Under the pieces are notes generated by a model. The model was given only the letters and a program-made list of their open reading frames with translations. It searched no databases and was not told the DNA's origin. Source: Ramazzottius varieornatus (lineage: Eukaryota > Animalia > Tardigrada). Taken from it: 64,000 bases of DNA. Each line of letters starts with the position of its first letter. Positions within the stretch are counted from its first letter, which is position 1. Of this stretch, positions 22,117 to 32,665 are shown in pieces. The position numbers and the translations under genes are program-made. The stretch is taken from positions 4,523,092-4,587,091 of the forward strand of contig BDGG01000003.1 in the NCBI GenBank assembly GCA_001949185.1, read 5' to 3'.

Positions 22117-24970
22117 ATGAAGGGATTTTCGGCAGTCTGCCTTCTTTTAGTGGTAAGTCCTGCCACTACCGCTTCGTATTCCCGAGACATTCCTGGAATA
22201 CCATTTTGGGAATTTTCCAAGTATTTTTCGAAGCTTTCTTGAAAATCGTTTGGGAGATGTACCACAATGTTTTCAAATCTTTTTTTAGGGAGCCACAGCG
22301 GTTCTTTCCGCACCCACCGCCCATTCCGGCGCGAACGCCAGCGGTAGCGTCTTCGTGAGTCCTTCGCCCATAGACGCTTCCCGCGACACCAAAGTCAACG
22401 CAAACATGCCCGGTACCGAGAACGGCGCTTGGGTTCTTCAGAACGCCGGTGGAGTCGTCGGGGACCACCGTGACCAGCCTCTGGGATCCACCAGCACCAA
22501 CGACATGTCCTCGAACTCTGCCTCTTCCAGCTCCTCCGAATCGTCCACCAGTGCCTCGTCGGACGCTGCGGCTGCCCCCACCGTACTTATCGAGACCTCC
22601 GATGCCAGCACCGCCATGGCTGGAAGCCAGCATCAACCAGTGGTCGGTACGGCTGTGATGGGCGCGAACCCCACCGTCGAGTCATCGGCTGCTTCCCACG
22701 GTAGCGCAATGAACGCCTCGCAGAATAGTGCGGGAAGCGACGCGCACACAGTCAACGTGAGCCAGTTGTTCGGTACCACCGGTACTTCCGGGGCCGTGGC
22801 TGCGGTGCCCGTCGTTGCCGTCCAAGCTTCGAATGTCCAACCTGTAGAAGTGCGATCTGCTAGTATCCAACCCGTAGCAGTACAATCCGCTAGTGTCCAA
22901 CCAGTGGCAGTTCACCCCGTGGTACTTCAAAATGTTAGTGTGCAACCCGTGGCTGTTGCCGCCGTCCCTGCGGAGCTCGTCGCAGTCCATGGTGCCACTG
23001 CTGCCCCATCCGCCCTTCAAGGCTCCGACACCGCTGTTGTAAGTAGAAAATTAACTTCAGACTCTGTTCATATACCAATTCAATAATTTCGTTGGCATAT
23101 GGAAGGCCTGCCAACAATCTCCGGATAATCGTTACCTCAAAAGGCGCAGCTTTCTCTGTTATTGGCAAAGAACGTGCGCAACGTGAGATAGTGATCACCA
23201 CAAAATTAGTACCGGAGTACTTCCATTCATGAAACTTCTCATCAGCCCTCTCTGTGTTTCAGGTTTCCGCGCAAGTCAACAACCAGCGATCCAGCCAGGC
23301 CTTTCAGGTGGGTGATGGCCCCATTGTCGCAGTCCTTCCCGCTGGCTCGAACCTGTCCGCAACCTGGGACACCAGCTCGGGACAACAGCCCGTCATCGGG
23401 TTCGCCAACTTGCCCACCACAAGTACCCAAGCCACTCTCCTCGCTGTGCCCGTCGCAGTAGCTGCCGTCCCGGTGGCCACCGTTGAGGCGCCATCTGTTG
23501 CCACTACCCAAGCAACCGCTGCCACCGTTGTTGTCAGTTCCTCCACCGCGACTCTCGTGGCGGTCACTGACTCCTCAGTTGTCAGTGTCATCGAGAGCTC
23601 GCCGGCCAGCGTTGTCTCGGGTGTCGACCTCTCCCAAGGTACCGGTGTTGCCAGTGGTGCTTCCAGCAGCAGCGCATCGGGAGTCAACAATGTTCCGGTG
23701 ATCTTGCCCGTTGGAGTGACTCTAAGCCAAGCTAACATGGCCAACCACGGCAACATGGGCGCCACTGGAGCTGCTGTTCCAGTCCGTGTTGGTAGTGCCG
23801 GAAGTAACACGATCGGTATGGTCAACCAAGCCGGAAATCCCCTTGTTCAACAGGTGCCTTACTCCTTCTTGCATGTCGGCTAACTGGGAGCTCGGCAAAA
23901 GTAGCGCACGCTCTCAGCGAGATGGGCTGGAAGCGTGCGCAACTTGGGAAAATCATCTTCCTAAGTTCGATTGTTTTCCCAAGTGGCGCACAGTTTCGGT
24001 GTGACTGGCTGGAAGCGTGCGCCGCTTGGGAAAAGGATTCGGTCAAGTTTGTTCGCTGAGCTTTCCAATGACTATCAAATTTTATAGCTAAGAAAAGTAC
24101 CGTTTTTGGTCTGTTTCTAGAACCATCGAGTCGAGTTCGAACTGGTCGATTTCCAAATGAACAGCAGCACCAACTCCAACCTGAACCAAGCCATCAATAT
24201 CACAGTGCAAATTACTGCCGGGGCTCTTCCTCCTGCTGTTGCCATCAACCAGAACATGGCTTTGGGTACAAATGCCGGAGCTACTGGTAAGTTTAATTCA
24301 TCCAGAAAGGAGAGACCCTAAGTTACTTCTCGTTTGGCTAACTCGTGATCATTCGTTTACAGTCAATGGCCAACCCGCCATTGTGATGCATATGCCTGAG
24401 ACTACTTCCGGTGTCCAGAATGTTTTCAACGGAAACTATGTTTCAAGCAACAATAACAAAGTCAGCGTTTCGAAGACCATCACTCTCGACCTCTGCGGTG
24501 CCATCTCAGACGTAAGCAGAGCTTTCTGTCACCTTCCTTGACGGAAATAACAGACTTCTTTTCGGTTTCAGAAAGCCTTCATGCAAGTAACTGTGAACCC
24601 CATCACCGGTTTCACTTGCGCAGTTAATATCAGTAAGCCCATATTCGCAGTGTCTGCATTTGATTTTACTTTAAATTTTGTAATATTTCCGTGTCTTTCA
24701 GACTTCCCAACTGCTGCCAGAAGTACCGAGGCTTTCTGGTCAGATCCTCTGCAGTGCAACTCCGGTGACATGCAAGGATACTCTTTCCGGTACGCATCTT
24801 TATCCATGTCTAACGATGTCATAACAGTCTTTACTTATGCCAAGAAAGCTTTCGTGTGTAACAAATGATGTCTTTCTTACAGGTTGTGGTACCGTGTCAG
24901 GAACTATAACATTGATTGGGCTCAGTGCCAGCAGAACCGACCAGCTGCAGCTGGAACTGCCACTGCCTAA
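22117..24970 (+). CDS. Secreted protein, paralog 2 (long Ser/Thr/Ala/Val-rich region plus conserved C-terminal domain)
   Basis: Signal MKGFSAVCLLLV|GATAVLSA; exons 22117-22152, 22289-23038, 23263-23853, 24121-24286, 24363-24511, 24572-24632, 24702-24789, 24883-24970; RVEFELVDFQMN, LDLCG, FWSDPLQC, FRLWYRVRNYNIDW. Confidence 0.85.
23886..24067. repeat. Palindromic element, double core, intronic
   Basis: gggagctcggcaaa...cores at 23899 and 23981...gctgagctttcc. Confidence 0.85.
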
Positions 24971-25284
24971 ACCAAAATGAAAAGCTCCTAGATGTGAATA
25001 ATGATCGTGTGATGCTGTTACGACATAGTTAAAGCTTTACATTCCAATTTTACTACTTTTAAAGTCTGCTAACGATTTTTTTTGTTCCGCATCAGGACTG
25101 CTGTTCGATTGAGTGGTTACTCAAATTTACTCCCAGGTTGATTTTGTTGGACGATGTAGATGGTTATTCCCACCCCACAATTTTAAGCAACGCTTAGGGA
25201 TTTCAAAACTGCCTGATATATTCAACTGTTAAAAGAAAACAATAAAAGTTGCTGCCCCATACTGATATATCTAATTCACACGGA

Positions 25285-25481
25285 ACCTCGGCAAGCAAAA
25301 TGGACTATCTTTCTTTTCCCAAGTGGCGCACGTTCTCAGTTCAAACCGCGAGAGCGCGCGCCGCTCGCACTGACAATCCTGTTGACTTTGTCCAAGTGGC
25401 GCATGGTTTCCGTGTAATTGGCTGGAAGAATGCGCCGCTCGGGAAAGCGGTCTGGTCGAGTTTTTGCCGAGCGGCGAGCTC
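25285..25481. repeat. Palindromic element, double core, intergenic
   Basis: Cores at 25321 and 25394; ends gtcgagtttttgccgagcggcgagctc. Confidence 0.85.
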
Positions 25482-26159
25482 ATATAGAATCATACAGTAG
25501 AAAGACTTGGTGATAACCACCCTGGAAGCGGGACGGCCTTTCGCAGAAAGAGCGAAAACTAATAAACAAGTTTGTGATGCGCATAATTGAGGGACTGTCT
25601 CCATCTCTGCTGATCTGGTAACTTGAGCTGATGTTAACAGCTGAGCAATGCCGTTGAAACCCTCGTTGAGACCTGAATGGTGTTTACGAGTTCGAATACA
25701 ATGACCCATAGGATCGGCGCTAATCTGTTACGCCGACAGGGTCTTTTTCTTCGGATTTTCCACTTCAAGTGAAGGTACGCCGCTTTGAACATGAGAGGTG
25801 AACTTACATGTCGAGCGTGATGCTGATCGACACCTGAGCCTTGTAAACAGGGTATTACTCTGTCGCACAAGTGTTGTCTTCACTGAATACCGAGTACTCG
25901 GTGGAAAACCCCGGCCACAGGTGGGCCCAACATGTCGAGAGCTTGAGCGATCTGCATAAAAGCCTTGAGCTATATTCTTGTCACTCTTCACTTTAAAATT
26001 TGCCCATTGTCGGCGTGACAATTCTCCATCACTTGCTTCTCGAGTTGATTTTTCCTTTTGTTGTACTGACGGTATATAAGACCTCATTATGGAGTCATAC
26101 CGTGTAAGTGTCTTTAGTTTCTCTCCAGACTGAACCAAGACATGTTTTTCACTGTGAAG

Positions 26160-28377
26160 ATGTCGTCGATATGCGGACTTCTACTCCTAACTGCAACGGT
26201 AAGAAACGCCGACACAATATAATCCAAAACAAGTAATACTAAAACGCGTCAGACTGAGTAGTTTTCCAAGTGGCGTACTGACTCTGTATTAGTGGTCGAC
26301 AGCGCGCTCGAATTGTCCGGTTTGTTTTCAGACCTATCGAATGGATGAAATTGCGATGACTGAAATGCCGAAACTGAAATTGAAATATGAAACTGGTTAA
26401 ATTTCGTTGATCTTAGAAGCGTCTCGACGATGGTTTTCATTTTACAGGGAGCACTGGGTGCGCCGGCCAGCACCATGCCAAACCAGTCGGTGGTCCTACA
26501 ACCCGGAAGACCAGTGGTCGTTGAAATCCCGCCAAATTCCAGCGTCAACGTCACCGTTCAGCAAAACCCTCCATCCATAATTCAGAACAATGGTCCAGTT
26601 CCTAATCCCGACAAAGTAGCCATCACACCTTCGTCGACTAGCAGTCTTAGCACCACCATGGTCTCCACCACTATGCCGACAGTCACGCCTTCGTCGGCCT
26701 CCATGGCCGGAGGGGATTTCGATATGTATGGAGGCGCCGTGGATTCCCTGGTGAACCGAACCACAATGATGGCGCCAAGCATCATGGGAACTCCTTCTCC
26801 TATAAACAATGAGCGCAATTACATCCCCGCTGTTATGCTGCCACTGGGCTCAGAAGGGCCGAATGCTAATCGCGAGACACCCTTGAATGCCGTTCTGCCT
26901 TTTGGAGCCACGCTGGATTCGGCGGTATCACCACCGTCTATTATGTCATCGGAACGACGCCCCATTGTTAACCAGAACCGGCGCGTCGAAATCAAGTTCC
27001 TGGATTTCCAAATGAATTACACGGCTATCACCAGCCAGGCCATCAATCAGCCCATCCTTATAGCTGTCAAGTTTATTGCGTAAGTCTAATCGATATTACT
27101 AGACCCAAGGTCTCTCGAATATACGAGCCAATAGCACATTCCTGGATCGAATTTCAAAACTCGGTTGAATAATAATCGATGAAGGTTACGATCACATGGC
27201 GCACCTACCTGACAGTAGTGACACTGGTTTCTGATTTTGCTTGCAGCGGGACTGTTCCTCTCTTGGCTGCCAATGAAGATATTGCAGTGGTTCCCAGTGT
27301 ATCCATCCCAAACGCCTCTACGATATTCCGTAAAGAATTATTCAGCTGATTTTTTCGGAATTTTTTTTATCGGAAAAAAAACTAATTTAGTTGCTTGCAT
27401 ACACGCAGATGGAAATTCGAGCGACACGATCCATCCCAACACGACCATCGTTGCTCAGAATACTGCCGGGTTCCAAGAGATTTACAACGGGAGCTACCAA
27501 ACTGAGGGGACCGGGAACAAAGCAACAGTTAACCGCGTGGTATCCGTAGAACTGTGTGGTCAGTTCAACGAGGTAAGTTGATATGGAATATAGGCCAACG
27601 AGCCCAAAATGGTCACTTTTCCAAGTGGCGCACCCTTTCAGCCAATAACACCAGAAACGTGCGCCATCTGGGAAAATGATGTAGTCCAGATTGTTAGCCG
27701 ATCTCTCAGATCATTTGGGTGTTTTTCGTTTCAAAGCCCAAAATCTGTCATGGAATATCCGAGGCTATTTTGTTTCTTGTAGTTCGACCGAGGGTACCTT
27801 GAAGTATCCATCAAGGCGGCGTCGATCAATGGCACCAGCTCTTCAGCAGGTACACCCATGTCACCGCTGGACGTGGCACGACCATAGGTCATTTCGGAGA
27901 GTATCTCGTGTCACATAAGCTTTACCATATTTTGTTTCAGCGAACCAATTCCCCGATGGATACTACAAGTGTGTGGTCAACCTTGCTTATGCACCTGCAG
28001 CTCGCGAGTCTGAAGGTATGAATTCGAAGAAAACTTTTCAGTGCCTCTTATGACTTGCACGATTCCTGTATTGTGTATTCATCTGCTGTTTTCCAACTAT
28101 AGGCTACTGGTCTGACATCAATCAATGTAATGGCGTCATTTCCGCCACCGGTACGAGTCACCCATTTTTTCCGTAAGTTTCGGTTATTCATGTCAATCTT
28201 TTGAATTTCAGCTTACAGCTACCGGCTTTGGTTCCGCACAAGGTACGTACAATCCTACTGACTCGAGCGTCGAAAATTCAAAAGCCTGTCTAATACTACA
28301 ACACGTTTTGCAGGCAGTACATCGTGGACGGAGGTACATGTCTCCGCAGTAAACCAGTCCTGGATGAACACAACTAA
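26160..28377 (+). CDS. Secreted protein, paralog 3
   Basis: Signal MSSICGLLLLTAT|GALGAP; RRVEIKFLDFQMNYT, VELCG, YKCVVNL, YWSDINQC, YSYRLWFRTRQYIVD; ~9 exons; TATATAA at 26073. Confidence 0.85.
27592..27705. repeat. Palindromic element, single core, intronic
   Basis: caagtggcgcac-cctttcagccaataacaccagaaac-gtgcgccatctg (25-nt spacer). Confidence 0.85.
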
Positions 28378-29254
28378 AACAGTCCCTTCAGAAACCAAAT
28401 ATTCAACCTCGCACACGCCCTTCTCATCGCGCCGCATACAGAGGTCTAACCCCGCGTCCTGAAGAAATATTGCAGTAAAAGAAGCTCCTCCTGTAGCTAA
28501 AAAGAATAGAACAGGGCTGGAGTTTGTCAAAGACATTAGCCCGTTCAGCTCAAGAACCAGCGAATGTGATGGAGAAACGAAAGACTTGTTTTTCCAACGT
28601 TCTTTCCCAGCATGTAAGCGAGCTTTGTTCCCGCGTCTCGTACTCGAATATCGAATATTAGAGCATACAAAGAAAGAACGTGTTTCCTTTCTACCTTTTT
28701 TTTAAATCAGTTTTGTCAGTATTTTGTGCTTCTTTTCTCCTCCTGACTTTTCTTCAGACCTGTACGTGCGCAAAAGTGATGAAAATCCCCGCTGGAAATA
28801 AAATACCAATTCTTCTTCCGTATAACTTTCTTCAGATCTCGTCAGCTGACATTTTGCCCCAGAATACCGTACAGGACAAAGAAAGCTTGCTCTCTGCGTT
28901 ATTCTGAAATTTTTGGGGTATATTCCATCTTGATTCCATTCTGCTGTGGGACAAAGGGTGATAAAATTAGAGTACGCCCAGGATACGCCTTAAGTACGCC
29001 CACTTGTTTCGAACAAAGACATCTTCCTCCCTGCTCTCTAACCGTAACAAAGGATCCTACGCTTGGCCAGAGACAGCCCTGAGAAGACTGCTGATAACTT
29101 CGATGAGTCTTATCGCGATACCGACGTCCTTTCGGATTTCGCTGAACTTTAGTTGAATATTTCCAGCTCTTTGGCTCAAAGTTGTCCTTTTTATTCAATA
29201 AATTCTCCACTTTTGTCGTTTTCATTACAGAGGTTTTCGCGCTACAAGGCCAAC

Positions 29255-30524
29255 ATGTGGCAGTTCTTCGCCCTCCTCATCACGGTAGGTCATCAGGAGC
29301 ATCTCATGTGGCGCACGTATCCATTGTTACTGACTGCTGGCGTGCGCCACTTGTGAAAACGATCTGGGAAATCGTTTGTCAACATCCCAGTTTAGAATAA
29401 CATTTCTGAGCGTTGTTTGAACCATAGGGAGCAGTGGCTCTGCCGACCCCAGAGCCCGGGATGGTCGCCATTTTGCCGCCTGGCTCGAACATGAGCGTCA
29501 CTTGGAACGAAGGATCGAGGCCTCCCGTCATCCTGGCCGGAGGGAACAAGATGGTGCAAGGCACTCCCACTCCCGTTCTTTTGGGTCGGGAGCACCTCTT
29601 CCGACGTGTGGAGTTCAACTTCTTGGACTTCCAGTTCAATCAGACTGCCCCACTTGCCACCAACCTCATCCAGAACCTGGAGATCTACGTCAACGTCACC
29701 CTGTAAGTACCCAACGACCAGTTTTGCCTACGCCGAACTCCCACCTCAAACGTCCACGTTTCATGTTCGTTCAACGCGGTTTCTAGTATTCCGTTTTGTA
29801 TTTTAGTGGACCTTACCGCGGAATGGTAAGAACCGAGAACATCACCGAACCTGGCAGCGGCACTTTCAGTGAGTTCAAAATGGCTGACTTGTTTTGCTTC
29901 CATTATGATACTGTAACATGGTGGCGCCACCTGGCAATCGTGGTGCGTGTAAGGTGGCGCCACCCGAGGAGCCAAAACTCGTTCTGTGTTGTTTCTTATG
30001 GGCCTTGATTCCCAACAAGTTTCGGTTTACTCCTACAGCATCTCCATTCCCCGAATCGACTGAAGGCTTCACCCAGATTTTCACGGGTGTGTACAACGGA
30101 GCTACCACCGACAACAAAGTCAACATCGACCGCAAAATCACCCGCGATATGTGCGGAATCATCTTCAACAAGGTTAGTGTTTTGTCTGTTGCTCCCTTGA
30201 GATCAAATACACAGGGTTCTAAGTAATTTTTCATTGATTATGGCTAACGATCGGAATACTCTAAAGGGTTTCATCGAAGTCTGGGTTCGACCCGTCGATG
30301 GCGAGAAGGCCGGTCTCTTCACCCAGGGATTCTACACCTGCTTCTTCAACCTCGACATCGAGAACACCATCGTCCAACAGTCGGAAGCTCGCTGGAACAC
30401 CATGCCCATGCAGTGCAACTCTGGAAACCTCAACAACTACAGCCACCGTCTGTGGTTCCAGACTCGCTACTACAACATCGATGAAAAAATCTGCTCCTTC
30501 GGCGGACTCCGTTCCAACAACTAA
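29255..30524 (+). CDS. Secreted protein, paralog 4 (shortest; almost only the conserved domain)
   Basis: Exons 29255-29284, 29428-29702, 29807-29868, 30039-30172, 30267-30524; MWQFFALLIT|GAVA; RRVEFNFLDFQFNQT, RDMCG, YTCFFNL, WNTMPMQC, YSHRLWFQTRYYNID. Confidence 0.88.
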
Positions 30525-31189
30525 CTCGTAATCGTGTGACGAAACACGACTGCTGCCATTTTAGCACTTCGCGCTGGAAACCACGTATCTGAATTCATTC
30601 TCTCTTTGACTTTTTTCCCCTAGACATTGTGCATGCGCGTCTTAGTTTGTCTTAGCTGTACGGAAAACTGGCCTTCTGCAATGAAAAAAATTCAAATAAA
30701 ATTGAAATGTACATGAAGGTCGTCTCACTGTAAAAAGGATAACAAAGTTTAGGTAACAAACCCTGCAGGAAAACAGTAGTGATCATACTCAGAGACAGGT
30801 ATGCTGTGATCGTGGCTTGTCTTCGCAGCCTGATCGAGGCGCCACTTTCGGTAGGTGACCACTTAAAGAAGCTTCCCGGCTAGCAGTGAGCACAGGATCA
30901 TCTGAATTTCGGCATGAATGGCGCCTTCTCGATACGGAACGGAATGAACTGGGTCTATAAATGAGAACAAAATCAAATAAATGAAACAACCAGGTTCTTG
31001 AGAGAGCCGAAAGCAGGCGGAGATCGGCAAACGGAGACCGCAAGATCGCTTTGTTAAGTAGCACATGCTTCCAGCTCATGCTAATAAAAAGGTGCGCCGC
31101 TTGGGACAACGACTTTATCCGTTTTGTTTACCGGTCTCCCGCATATTTTTGATGAATTCGATTGTATAGTTATGCTTTATTTTATTACA

Positions 31190-31993
31190 TCATACACAGC
31201 ATTTCTTTCTGTAGTTGGTTTTCTCCACATGAGCCGTAGTTCCTTCCAGCAAGGTGTAACTGTTTGTATGGTCAAAAGCTTTGGCATTCACCTCCAGCTC
31301 ATACTTCCTCCTGTCTATTATTTTCCTCATCAAATCCAGAAAGGCCTTTTCAATATGCACGTTACTCTGCGCTGAAATCTCGTACAATATCAGGCCGTTC
31401 TTTTTGGCGAAAGTCTGTCCTTCTTCCCGCGTTACCTTCCTCTCCGACTCGCGATCCACCTTATTGGCCAACAGCATGATCTCCACATTAGCCTGCCCTT
31501 TCTGCCGTATCTCATGCATCCATTTATCGAGGCTCTTAAATGTCCGTTCATTGGTGATGTCGTATACTAAGAAGAATCCATGAGCTCGGTTGAAATACTG
31601 CGTGGTGATGGACTGAAAGCGTTCTTGTCCCGCCGTATCCCATATCTGTAGGCGCACTTGTGTGTTGTCCACCAACATCCGCCTTATCTTGAAGTCGAGG
31701 CCCACTGTGGCGTTTTCTTGATATGAAAAAGCGTCTTCCACTATCCGTCGAACGATACTGGTCTTGCCGACTGCAGTGTCGCCCACCATCATAATTTTCA
31801 TGTGGATCTCCTCGGAGGGAAGAGGGAAGTGACCACCGACGGGAAGTATGGAGGTGGACTTCTTGGGTTCCACAGGATTGTCCAAGGGACTAACGGGGTG
31901 TACGGAGGCGGCAGCGCGGATAGTGTCAATAGCAGGCTTGGGATTTGGCGCTATAGCGCTAGTTGGCTTTGGTGTCGACGCTGTAGATGGCAT
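31190..31993 (-). CDS. Rab small GTPase (Rab8/10/13/15-like clade), intronless, with Pro-rich N-extension
   Basis: GDTAVGKT, TVGLDFKI, WDTAGQERF, NKVD, EISA; C-terminal KKCCV prenylation motif. Confidence 0.92.
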   Translation of the reverse strand: MPSTASTPKPTSAIAPNPKPAIDTIRAAASVHPVSPLDNPVEPKKSTSILPVGGHFPLPSEEIHMKIMMVGDTAVGKTSIVRRIVEDAFSYQENATVGLDFKIRRMLVDNTQVRLQIWDTAGQERFQSITTQYFNRAHGFFLVYDITNERTFKSLDKWMHEIRQKGQANVEIMLLANKVDRESERKVTREEGQTFAKKNGLILYEISAQSNVHIEKAFLDLMRKIIDRRKYELEVNAKAFDHTNSYTLLEGTTAHVEKTNYRKKCCV

Positions 31994-32665
31994 GGCGGAA
32001 GCCAAGAACGGCGAAAATTATACGCGAGAATTATTGCTGAAGTTCACCAGAATAACCATTCAAAACTTGCGAAAAACACAAGTTAAACTACTGTTGATGA
32101 ATTCCTCGATACCGAAATGCGATTCAGACAACATGGCAGTCATGCAGGGTTATTGGAGAGCAGTGTTTCCGGATGAAATAACGTTCGTCCGAAAGAGTCC
32201 GTTTCTGGTAGCATAACAGCTCGAAATGGTAGAAATTGCTAATACAAGTGTTCACGAAGATACAGAAAAATTGCTCTATAAGTGATCTGGATTTTGGCCT
32301 GAAAAGTCTGGCTGGGGTCGAGCTGTGCCCTAGCTTTAGCGAACAAATGCTTTGGGACGTTTAAAATAAGCAGTACTAAATTGGAAGCTTTCTTGACTGA
32401 TGGCCGATTCTTTTGCATGTCTCCGTGCGACACTTATGATCAGATGCGCGACTACGTCACCTACCCGACTGTATGCAGGAGTTATGTTTGAGTCTTCGGC
32501 TGGGACCGGCATCTTACTCAGCGGAAGGGTGCGATTCCCTGCCAATCTCTATCAAAAATCTACACTCGCAAGTGACGGAGCGGAAGATTGTTGCCTAGCA
32601 AATTTATATTCCGTCAAAACCACCGTGCCCATGGTAAGTAATGTAACAAGGAAGATCCAGCTAAC

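Noticed and set aside
9802-30266. Hairpin element as an introner that creates introns
   Set aside because: Its ends do not coincide with splice sites, it also occurs intergenically, and homologous introns in the paralogs exist with and without it.
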